Source: an uncultured Opitutales bacterium
Lineage (GTDB): Bacteria; Verrucomicrobiota; Verrucomicrobiia; Opitutales; UBA9783
DNA: 32,000 bases
Reading direction: 5' to 3'
NCBI GenBank assembly: GCA_934691225.1
Contig: CAKUSQ010000001.1
Span: forward strand, 570,001 to 602,000
A program made the translations under genes and the position numbers. Below the pieces are notes generated by a model that ran no database searches, was not told the origin of the DNA, and saw nothing but the letters and a program-made list of their open reading frames with translations. This document shows positions 10,145 to 17,084 of the stretch, piece after piece. Position 1 is the stretch's first letter. Each line of letters starts with the position of its first letter.

Positions 10145-11459
10145 TGTTGTGTTTGGTACGGATGGAATACGTGGAGTTGTAGGTGTGTTCCCTATAACAA
10201 ATGATGTTTTTAATAGGTTAGGTCAGACTTGTTGCCAATGGTTAATGCAGCAACAAATGCCATTGACCGTAGCTATTGGCTGCGATACGCGTGCTTCAGG
10301 TCCACAGTTAGCTCAATCTTTCGCAGAAGGTTTTTGTAGTTACCATCCGCAGGCACAGGTTATTTGGTTGGGCGTTGTACCTACGCCGGCTATTTCTTTT
10401 TATGTGCAAAATGAATCGATTTCCTTAGGAGTTTCGATAACCGCTTCGCATAACCCGTTTATAGATAATGGATTAAAATTATTTAAGTCAACGGGTAGTA
10501 AGTTGAAACGAGAAGAAGAAATTCAATTGGAACAATGGGTTCAGGATAAACAACCGAAATCAAGCGAAATACGTTGTCAAAAGATTTCAGGACAAGATTA
10601 TTTTTTGCGCGCATTGAGGCAAAATTATCCTTTGCCTATACTTAAAGGAAAGCTAATTGTGTTGGATACAGCTAATGGTGCAACGACCTATACGACTTTG
10701 CCTTTATTAAAATCATTGGGCGCAGATGTTATTGCGATTGGAGATCAGCCGAATGGTGAAAATATCAATTGTATGTGCGGTAGTGAGTATGCCAAATTGT
10801 TGACAACAGTGGTTGAAAATGAACAGGCTTGGTTAGGGTTTGCACACGATGGCGATGGGGATCGATTGGTGGTTATCGATGAAGAAGGAAAACTTTTAGA
10901 TGGCGATGAAGTTTTGGGTATATTAGCTTTGGATTTGCATGAAAAGAACCTTTTAAAACCTTCTTTGCTTGTTGTAACAGAACAGAGCAATTCGGGATTA
11001 GCAAAAACGTTAAAGCCTTTAGGAATTGATGTTGTTGTGTGTGGTATTGGAGATAGGGAAGTTTTTTATAAATTGGAAGAAACTCAAGGAATACTTGGTG
11101 GTGAAAGCTCAGGGCATATTGTGCTAAAACAAGAGGCTCCTACGGGCGATGGATTGCGTGTGTTATTAAAATTGTTGCAATTGGCCGAAGAAAAGCCGTT
11201 ATGCGAACGAAGAAAAGCTATCACTTTATTACCAAAATTAGAATCTTTTTTAAAAGTAAATGAAAAAAAGCCGTTAGAACAATTGGTGGGTTTAAATAAA
11301 GTTGTAAAAGATTTGTCGAATGAAGATATTCGTGTGTGTGTACGTTATTCTGGGACAGAAAATAAACTTCGTTTCTTGGTGGAAGCTGCAAGTTTAGATT
11401 TATGTAAAACGTATATGGAAATGTTAAAAACGGCGGCTGTAAAGGATTTGCAATTCTAA
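10137..11459 (+). CDS. glmM: Phosphoglucosamine mutase
   Basis: Active-site TASHNP, metal loop HDGDGDR, GGESSGH. The track start at 10128 is TTG; the ATG at 10137 gives MTNVVFGTDGIRG. Overlaps the accA end by 8 nt. Confidence 0.9.
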   Translation: MTNVVFGTDGIRGVVGVFPITNDVFNRLGQTCCQWLMQQQMPLTVAIGCDTRASGPQLAQSFAEGFCSYHPQAQVIWLGVVPTPAISFYVQNESISLGVSITASHNPFIDNGLKLFKSTGSKLKREEEIQLEQWVQDKQPKSSEIRCQKISGQDYFLRALRQNYPLPILKGKLIVLDTANGATTYTTLPLLKSLGADVIAIGDQPNGENINCMCGSEYAKLLTTVVENEQAWLGFAHDGDGDRLVVIDEEGKLLDGDEVLGILALDLHEKNLLKPSLLVVTEQSNSGLAKTLKPLGIDVVVCGIGDREVFYKLEETQGILGGESSGHIVLKQEAPTGDGLRVLLKLLQLAEEKPLCERRKAITLLPKLESFLKVNEKKPLEQLVGLNKVVKDLSNEDIRVCVRYSGTENKLRFLVEAASLDLCKTYMEMLKTAAVKDLQF

Positions 11460-11463
11460 AATT

Positions 11464-13854
11464 GTGGCACTTAGTAAAATTTACACTTTGCAATCGCTTC
11501 AACACTGGTTTGAGGCTTATCGAAGGTGCTGGTGGAATTTGTTTTCAACAGCGGAAGTAGATCGAGGAATTGAATTATTAGACCAAGGTGGTGTAAAGGT
11601 ATTTGAGGTTCATGCAAATTATATATTGATTTGTGGAACCTACGAGAATTCTGCTTGTTTTTCGACGATTGATTTAAAAAATGATGGGCAAATCGAAATT
11701 CAATCATCGCATTCGAATGAGAGTTTTATAAAAGATTTGTCGGCAGCTGCTTTGTTGATTTTAGAAAAGTTATTTGAAGATCATTTGCAGGTTTTATCAT
11801 TGGGAGAAAAGGTTGTTGGGGAAGTTTCACAAGCAATTCCGGTTGAAACAGAAAAACGAATGTCCAATGAACCTACCGTTAAGTTGGTATTTGAGAAGAG
11901 AGGTCAAGCTATTTTTTTTGAAGTATTTTTTAAGAGACAAGGTGTTTTTGAAAAGCTGAATTCATTAAATCAGGTGGTAAAACCAAGTGAGCGCGAGTGT
12001 TTGTTATCGATTATACTTTTATCACAAAAATATGGATTTAAATGGAATAAAGATGGATGGCTTTCATCTAATTTGGACAAGTTGCCTTCTTTTGTAAGCG
12101 ATGTTTTGCCAAAATTTTCACAAAAATATTTTGTAGAATGTCCTCATTGCATCAAAAATTTGCAAAAATCTAATCCATCTGTTCAGTTAATGTTATCAGC
12201 TAATGAAAAAGGTGGATTGAACCAAAGATTTTTTTTGAACCAGACACTTTTGGATCCAGAAATTATCCAACAATCAATGCGAGCTAAACATCATGTTTAT
12301 TGGTCAGAGCATCATGGTTTGATAAGAATGCAGGAAAATGCGCTTGTTTGGTTGCAACGTATAAACGATTGGAAAAATCGTTTTAGTGAGAATGGTTTAC
12401 CTGCTTACTTGTTGTTGTCTATTTTTAATCCAAATACAAGCGGTGAAGCAGCTAAAGCGTGGATTAAAACGTTGCAAGCAACCCAAAATAATGCTTGTTT
12501 ACCTAAGATATCACTCCGATCTTATCAAAAACAGGGAATTATTTGGTTAAAGCAAATGATCGACAATCATTGTCACCCCTTATTAGCTGATGAAATGGGA
12601 TTAGGTAAGACGCGGCAGTTAATGTCATTGCTTGAACTTATGACACCATTGGAACCTTTACCTTCCTTGGTTGTTTGTCCATCTAGCGTTATAAGCGCTT
12701 GGCAAAATGAACATGAGGCTTGTTTTAAAACATTGCCTATAGAAGTGTTGACACATGAAACCTTAAAGAGGTATGTAGGCGGATGTAAGATTTTTATTGC
12801 AAGTTATTCACAATTACTTGCACATTGGTCAACCCTGAAGCTTTTAACGTTTAATTGTGTTATTTTAGACGAAGCACAATTTATAAAAAATCCAAAATCT
12901 AAGACGGCTCATGCTTGTTTTAATCTAAAGGCAAAACATCGTATAGCAGCTACGGGAACGCCTTTGGAAAATAATTTAACCGACGTTTGGTCTATTTTTC
13001 ATTTTTTAATGCCAGGATTATTGGGAACTTTTAAGGAATTTCAAAAATTTCTGCAAAATGAAGTTAATTGCCAGTGTTTGAAGATACAGATAGCTCCTTT
13101 TATACTTCGAAGGACACAAAAAGAAGTTTTGAAAGAATTACCTGAAAAGCAAGAAAATGTTGTTTACTGTCCTATGACGCAAACACAACGTAAACTTTAT
13201 ACAGAAACGCTTCAGATGCGTTCATCTATTCAAAAAGGTCAATGGATGCAGTTGTTTACGTTAATATTGCGATTACGTCAGATTTGTTGCGATCCAGGAA
13301 TGTTACCAGGGCAATCGGATATGGGGATTCAAATGAGTGGTAAACTTATTTGGTTGCTAGAGACATTATCCAATAAAACGCAGACATTTAAAAAAGTAAT
13401 CATATTTAGCCAATTTGCAACTTTACTTGAACGTTTACAGCCAGCTTTAGAGCATTTATTTTCAAAGACGTATCTTTTAACAGGGCAAACGCTTGCATGC
13501 CATCGTCGAAAAATGATTCAGGAGTTTCAGACGAAGGATCAACGTGCTGCTTTTTTAATTAGTTTGAAAGCGGGAGGTACAGGGATTACATTGCATGCAG
13601 CAGATTCTGTGTTTATTTTGGATCCATGGTGGAATCCTTCGGTTGAGAAACAAGCGGTTGCACGAGCTCACCGTTTAGGTCAAAAAAAAGCATTAGCGGT
13701 CTACCGATTGTTGATTGAAAATTCTATAGAATCGAGCATTCAACGTTTACAGCGCGATAAATCGGTTCTTTTTGAACAATTATTGGAAGATGACAATACT
13801 TCACGTTCATCTGATCGTTGGCAGCAACTTTATGATATTTTGATGAATGGGTAA
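11464..13854 (+). CDS. SNF2/SWI2-family helicase with a ~340-aa uncharacterised N-terminal region
   Basis: 796 aa, GTG start. Helicase motifs LADEMGLGKT (I), ILDEAQFIKN (II), TGTPLEN (III), SLKAGGTGITL and QAVARAHRLGQ (VI). Confidence 0.9.
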   Translation: MALSKIYTLQSLQHWFEAYRRCWWNLFSTAEVDRGIELLDQGGVKVFEVHANYILICGTYENSACFSTIDLKNDGQIEIQSSHSNESFIKDLSAAALLILEKLFEDHLQVLSLGEKVVGEVSQAIPVETEKRMSNEPTVKLVFEKRGQAIFFEVFFKRQGVFEKLNSLNQVVKPSERECLLSIILLSQKYGFKWNKDGWLSSNLDKLPSFVSDVLPKFSQKYFVECPHCIKNLQKSNPSVQLMLSANEKGGLNQRFFLNQTLLDPEIIQQSMRAKHHVYWSEHHGLIRMQENALVWLQRINDWKNRFSENGLPAYLLLSIFNPNTSGEAAKAWIKTLQATQNNACLPKISLRSYQKQGIIWLKQMIDNHCHPLLADEMGLGKTRQLMSLLELMTPLEPLPSLVVCPSSVISAWQNEHEACFKTLPIEVLTHETLKRYVGGCKIFIASYSQLLAHWSTLKLLTFNCVILDEAQFIKNPKSKTAHACFNLKAKHRIAATGTPLENNLTDVWSIFHFLMPGLLGTFKEFQKFLQNEVNCQCLKIQIAPFILRRTQKEVLKELPEKQENVVYCPMTQTQRKLYTETLQMRSSIQKGQWMQLFTLILRLRQICCDPGMLPGQSDMGIQMSGKLIWLLETLSNKTQTFKKVIIFSQFATLLERLQPALEHLFSKTYLLTGQTLACHRRKMIQEFQTKDQRAAFLISLKAGGTGITLHAADSVFILDPWWNPSVEKQAVARAHRLGQKKALAVYRLLIENSIESSIQRLQRDKSVLFEQLLEDDNTSRSSDRWQQLYDILMNG

Positions 13855-13871
13855 ATGAATTTACTTTTGAT

Positions 13872-14462
13872 TCATTTGCATTGTTGTATTTTTTTCAGAT
13901 GTTTTACAATTTTATGCCCATAAGTATCATTATTTTGATGTGCCATTTTAAAAGATGTGTACTTTTTAGGGTCGTATCCAGGACAAGCCCATTTATCTAA
14001 ATCTTCGATGTACTGGAAAGCATTACGTTTTTTTACAAGAGAAAATCGAGGATCAACGCATTTTCTGTTCAGTTTTTTATCCGATGCGTAAGCTTTTAGG
14101 TGTTGTATTTGTGCTCGAATACCTTGACGCATGGTTGAAAATTTATTTCCTTTTGTAGCATTGTCAACAGCACCTATACCAGCAAAATTATTTTGTGAAG
14201 ATTGAACAGAGCCAGTAAAACGGAAAAAATTAGTTTCTAGTAAGGCCTGTGCAAAGGCTAAATCACCTCGTACTCCCTCGATTTTACCTTCTTTTAAATA
14301 AATACTAGGTGTTTTTAGATATTTTTTTGAAACATTAGGATTAACTTGCTTTAGGTAAGCTTTCATTTGTTCAGCGGTGCATTGAGCTTGCCCCATAATT
14401 TTTGTTTTAGCGATAACCGATAAAGAGGAAAGTAAAAGTAAATAGATAGCCCTTATAAACAT
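13872..14462 (-). CDS. Secreted GH73-type N-acetylglucosaminidase (FlgJ C-terminal / Bax-like domain)
   Basis: 196 aa. N-terminal signal peptide MFIRAIYLLLLSSLSVIA. AQALLETNFF (catalytic Glu context) and NNFAGIG blocks typical of the glucosaminidase domain. Confidence 0.65.
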   Translation of the reverse strand: MFIRAIYLLLLSSLSVIAKTKIMGQAQCTAEQMKAYLKQVNPNVSKKYLKTPSIYLKEGKIEGVRGDLAFAQALLETNFFRFTGSVQSSQNNFAGIGAVDNATKGNKFSTMRQGIRAQIQHLKAYASDKKLNRKCVDPRFSLVKKRNAFQYIEDLDKWACPGYDPKKYTSFKMAHQNNDTYGHKIVKHLKKIQQCK

Positions 14463-14536
14463 GAAGGAAGATTTATTGCATATGTTTTATTAATGCAAGA
14501 TAAATTTTGGTATAAAGCTTGCTAAAATAATTTTTG

Positions 14537-15043
14537 ATGGAATTAAACTTTGAGACAATAACATGTACGATGCACGGCGTTGAACTAAAACAAAGCTGTT
14601 TAACGTGCAATACGTTTGCATGTCATCAAAGAGAAATTCCAGAGTTTATCGATCAAAAAGATAAGTTAAATTCATTGCCTAGCAAAACTCCTCATTTACA
14701 GTTCATTATGCAAGAACTGTCCGGAAATTCTGATGATATTGAGTTTCAAGCAGAGGTCGCTTTGAATAGTAAGGGATTCTTAGTAAGGCAGGTACCGTGT
14801 GTAAAAGATGTGTTGTTTGCACAATGCAAATCCTTTGAGTTAAACTCGAGAGTTGATATTTGCAGGTATCATGTTTTAGGCAATTCCGGAAATATGCAAG
14901 CTGAAGTCAATGATAGATCTATTAGTATCGATGAATGGATGCAGGATTTGAAAGACGATCAACAGGTAGGTTCACGGATTGCTTTCAACCTGCTGAATAG
15001 GAAAAACATCAAATATTTTGTTGTAAGCAAGATATCTCATTAA
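14537..15043 (+). CDS. Hypothetical protein with a Cys-rich N-terminus
   Basis: 168 aa from ATG 14537 (the track uses TTG 14534). N-terminal C-x11-C-x2-C-x4-C-H pattern (ITCTMHGVELKQSCLTCNTFACH) suggests a small zinc-binding module. No family recognised. Confidence 0.5.
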   Translation: MELNFETITCTMHGVELKQSCLTCNTFACHQREIPEFIDQKDKLNSLPSKTPHLQFIMQELSGNSDDIEFQAEVALNSKGFLVRQVPCVKDVLFAQCKSFELNSRVDICRYHVLGNSGNMQAEVNDRSISIDEWMQDLKDDQQVGSRIAFNLLNRKNIKYFVVSKISH

Positions 15044-15059
15044 ATAAGAATAACTTAAA

Positions 15060-15239
15060 ATGCCATACTCAATAGCTGTATTATTTTTACTATTATATTT
15101 ACTAATGTGTCAAATTTTACCGCTTAAAGCGGACATCAAAATTCAGACAATACCTTCGAAGTTGTGTATTGTTTCAGAGAGGCATTGTTTTTTGAGTGCG
15201 ACGTATCAGAAGAGCAATGATAGTGGTATAAAAGATTAA
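15060..15239 (+). CDS. Possible 59-aa exported small protein (below the ORF-track cutoff)
   Basis: My translation: MPYSIAVLFLLLYLLMCQILPLKADIKIQTIPSKLCIVSERHCFLSATYQKSNDSGIKD. Signal-peptide-like N-terminus. No Shine-Dalgarno. Confidence 0.25.
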   Translation: MPYSIAVLFLLLYLLMCQILPLKADIKIQTIPSKLCIVSERHCFLSATYQKSNDSGIKD

Positions 15240-15263
15240 ATTTTATGTGAGATTATCCGTTAT
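15237..15263 (+). promoter_or_regulatory. Sigma-28 (FliA)-like promoter motif upstream of the 15293 ORF
   Basis: TAAA (15237-15240), 15-nt spacer, TCCGTTAT (15256-15263), compared with the consensus TAAA-N15-GCCGATAA. The -35 element matches 4/4, the spacing is exact, and the -10 element matches 5/8. It lies 30 nt upstream of the ATG. Confidence 0.3.
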
Positions 15264-15292
15264 ATATTAAATAAGTTTAACAATTTTGAATC

Positions 15293-15778
15293 ATGAACCG
15301 TAAACAACCTATAAATTTTAAATTTGAAAAATTGGCAGAATCGTGTCGTAAGGAGATTGCGGAATTAGGTGCTTTACTAAAGCTCATTTATGAACAGCAA
15401 AATTGTTTAGTTAAATATAACCCTGTTTCATTATTACATGCTACCTCAAAAATTGAAGCGCAATTGCCGGTGAATCAGTTAGCAACGGCAGATCGAGTAG
15501 CGTTTATGCAGCAGTTAGCTGAAGAAATGTCGCAAGAATCAATCCAATTGAATGAATTACCAAAAATAGTTCCATTAGAACTGAAAACGTTATTTGAAGC
15601 ACTCGTAGATGAAATAATTTCTTTACGTCTTAGAATAAAGAATAAGACAAATATTCAGCAAAAATTATTGGGACAAACGCAGATGATTAATAATTCTATC
15701 ATTCAGAAAATTATTCCCAATGATAAGTTTTATAACGAACATAAACATTCACTTTATACGCTTACGGAATTTTCTTAG
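15293..15778 (+). CDS. Hypothetical all-helical protein, possibly FlgN-family or secretion-chaperone-like
   Basis: 161 aa. Leu/Gln-rich heptad-like pattern (LGALLKLIYEQQNCL ... RVAFMQQLAEEM ... LFEALVDEIISLRLRI) resembles FlgN-type chaperones by eye. No HMM search was possible. Confidence 0.55.
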   Translation: MNRKQPINFKFEKLAESCRKEIAELGALLKLIYEQQNCLVKYNPVSLLHATSKIEAQLPVNQLATADRVAFMQQLAEEMSQESIQLNELPKIVPLELKTLFEALVDEIISLRLRIKNKTNIQQKLLGQTQMINNSIIQKIIPNDKFYNEHKHSLYTLTEFS

Positions 15779-15824
15779 AAAAGAGATTGGTACAAAAGAT
15801 GCTCAAAATAAAGTAGATAAGTTT

Positions 15825-16100
15825 ATGAATATTGTGTTACAAGGGTTTGCAAAACAATTTGGGTATAAAGTGTGTTTAAAAAATGATCTCGTTTTTCAAA
15901 CATTATATCCGAATCATTATAAGGAATTAAATGTGTCATGTGAAGGGATACAACTTCAAACATTGGTTCAAAATAAGAATAGTTTCATAAAAGTATGTTT
16001 GGATATTTTTATGCACTTGATGATGCAACTGAGAAGTAGGCATAGGGATTGTTGGGTTAATAAGCGTATTTGTGTAGGAGGAATTCAATGCTTGTTTTAA
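15825..16100 (+). CDS. Doubtful small ORF (91 aa from the internal ATG); may be a non-coding csrA leader instead
   Basis: The track ORF 15720-16100 overlaps the previous gene by 59 nt; the first non-overlapping ATG is at 15825. No SD. Odd Cys/His/Met-rich C-terminus. It overlaps the csrA SD and start. See the GGA-cluster finding. Confidence 0.25.
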   Translation: MNIVLQGFAKQFGYKVCLKNDLVFQTLYPNHYKELNVSCEGIQLQTLVQNKNSFIKVCLDIFMHLMMQLRSRHRDCWVNKRICVGGIQCLF

Positions 16101-16357
16101 CACGTAAACCTGAAGAATCAATTATTGTAGTTTCGCCACGTGGAGAAATTATAGAAATCAGTTTAGCAAAAATTGATAACGAACGTGCTAGAATTGGTAT
16201 AGAAGCACCTATGACATTTAGAATTTTTAGAAAAGAAGTTTATGATGCAATTGTACAAGAAAATTTAGCGTATCAATGTGAATCTGAACACTTAGATAAA
16301 TTGCGTTTATTAAAAACATTTACGCAAAATGTTGAAAGCAGTAAAAGTTTACAGTGA
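16088..16357 (+). CDS. csrA: Carbon storage regulator CsrA/RsmA-family RNA-binding protein with a long C-terminal extension
   Basis: MLVLTRKPEESIIV ... RIGIEAP ... IFRKEVY core. The track start at 16070 is TTG. The ATG at 16088 has a perfect AGGAGG (16076-16081) 6 nt upstream. 89 aa, with about 30 aa beyond the conserved core. Confidence 0.9.
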   Translation: MLVLTRKPEESIIVVSPRGEIIEISLAKIDNERARIGIEAPMTFRIFRKEVYDAIVQENLAYQCESEHLDKLRLLKTFTQNVESSKSLQ

Positions 16358-16397
16358 TACGTAATTAGATAATATTGATAAGTGGGAATGTGGTAAA

Positions 16398-16622
16398 ATG
16401 AGCAATTCAATAAATGTAACAAATAGTACAATAACAAACAATGTCAGCATAACAGAAACAGAAAAGACACAAGTAAAGCAAGGTGTAGATACAGTTAATA
16501 AGAGGACTGTATCAAAAGCTGAAAGTACAGTTATAAGTTCATCTAAATTAAATCAATCAACGAAAACTTTAACTGATAATCACACCGATATTCAACGAAA
16601 AGTTACAAAGAATTTAAGGTAA
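16398..16622 (+). CDS. Ser/Thr/Asn-rich small protein; weak FlgM-like (anti-sigma-28) resemblance; possibly a truncated gene
   Basis: 74 aa, low complexity (NSINVTNSTITNNVSITETEK...). Segment STVISSSKLNQSTKTLTDNHTDIQRKV loosely resembles the SVTLSDAQAKL..DIN..RV region of FlgM as I recall it. The reading frame stays open after the TAA through to 16757. Confidence 0.35.
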   Translation: MSNSINVTNSTITNNVSITETEKTQVKQGVDTVNKRTVSKAESTVISSSKLNQSTKTLTDNHTDIQRKVTKNLR

Positions 16623-16659
16623 GTATATGCTTTTGAAAGTAAGGATGCTAAAAATATAG

Positions 16660-17076
16660 GTGTTTTTGTTGATGCAATGTTGGAAAGCATTGACAAACAA
16701 ATTAGGGGTTTGTACAGCGCTGATCCTGATTATAGACAGCCAGAAAAAAGTATTTAGAGGAATGCAAGAAAAAGTAAATGCTTTTGCACCTAAAAAGTTT
16801 AGCTTTTTTTCTCATTTAAAAGCTTTATTAAGTAAAGTCTTTCATGGAAAGGCCTATTTGCAAGAGCGCGGTGATCAAAGTTTATCAACATTGCGAGATA
16901 TGTTGACTAATACGATGGTAGGACAAAATTTCTTAAAGAGCTTCATTGAAGAAAATAAAGGTAATGACGAAGCTATGCGTGGAATGATGAAGGTTTTTAA
17001 TAATGATTTTGGCCGTCTAGACGATAATTTAAAAGGGTTATTAAACAGTATAAGCAATTCTTTACAGAATAAATGA
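16660..17076 (+). CDS. Hypothetical protein, start uncertain
   Basis: The track start is GTG 16660; alternatives are ATG 16672 and ATG 16762 (MQEKVNAF..., 104 aa). Helical and charged, no recognisable family. Its 5' part overlaps the open continuation of the previous frame. Confidence 0.4.
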   Translation: MFLLMQCWKALTNKLGVCTALILIIDSQKKVFRGMQEKVNAFAPKKFSFFSHLKALLSKVFHGKAYLQERGDQSLSTLRDMLTNTMVGQNFLKSFIEENKGNDEAMRGMMKVFNNDFGRLDDNLKGLLNSISNSLQNK

Positions 17077-17084
17077 TAGTGAAG

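Noticed and set aside
10745-11959. ORFs 10745-10990 (-), 11221-11505 (-), 11471-11707 (-) and 11774-11959 (+)
   Set aside because: All are nested in or antisense to glmM or the SNF2 gene, and none has independent support.
11464-13854. The SNF2 helicase as part of a phage-defence system (DISARM/BREX-like)
   Set aside because: No adjacent methyltransferase, PLD nuclease, DUF1998-type or other defence partner. It is flanked by glmM and a glucosaminidase gene and looks like a stand-alone SNF2 protein.
13853-13877. AAATGAAT / ATTCATTT 8-bp hairpin between the convergent SNF2 and GH73 genes as a bidirectional terminator
   Set aside because: The stem is all A/T apart from one G-C pair, the loop is 9 nt, the hairpin overlaps both stop codons and there is no clear U-run. 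It is too weak to call.
15720-15824. 5' extension of the ORF upstream of csrA (MISFITNINIHFIRLRNF...)
   Set aside because: It overlaps the end of the preceding gene by 59 nt in another frame. The remaining part (15825-16100) is itself doubtful.
16743-16750. GAAAAAAG at the frame crossover as a programmed -1 frameshift site of the dnaX A-AAA-AAG type
   Set aside because: The heptamer is not in the required register relative to the upstream frame. Joining the two frames needs a +1 shift, not -1, and no downstream stimulatory structure was seen. Simple mutational decay is more parsimonious.
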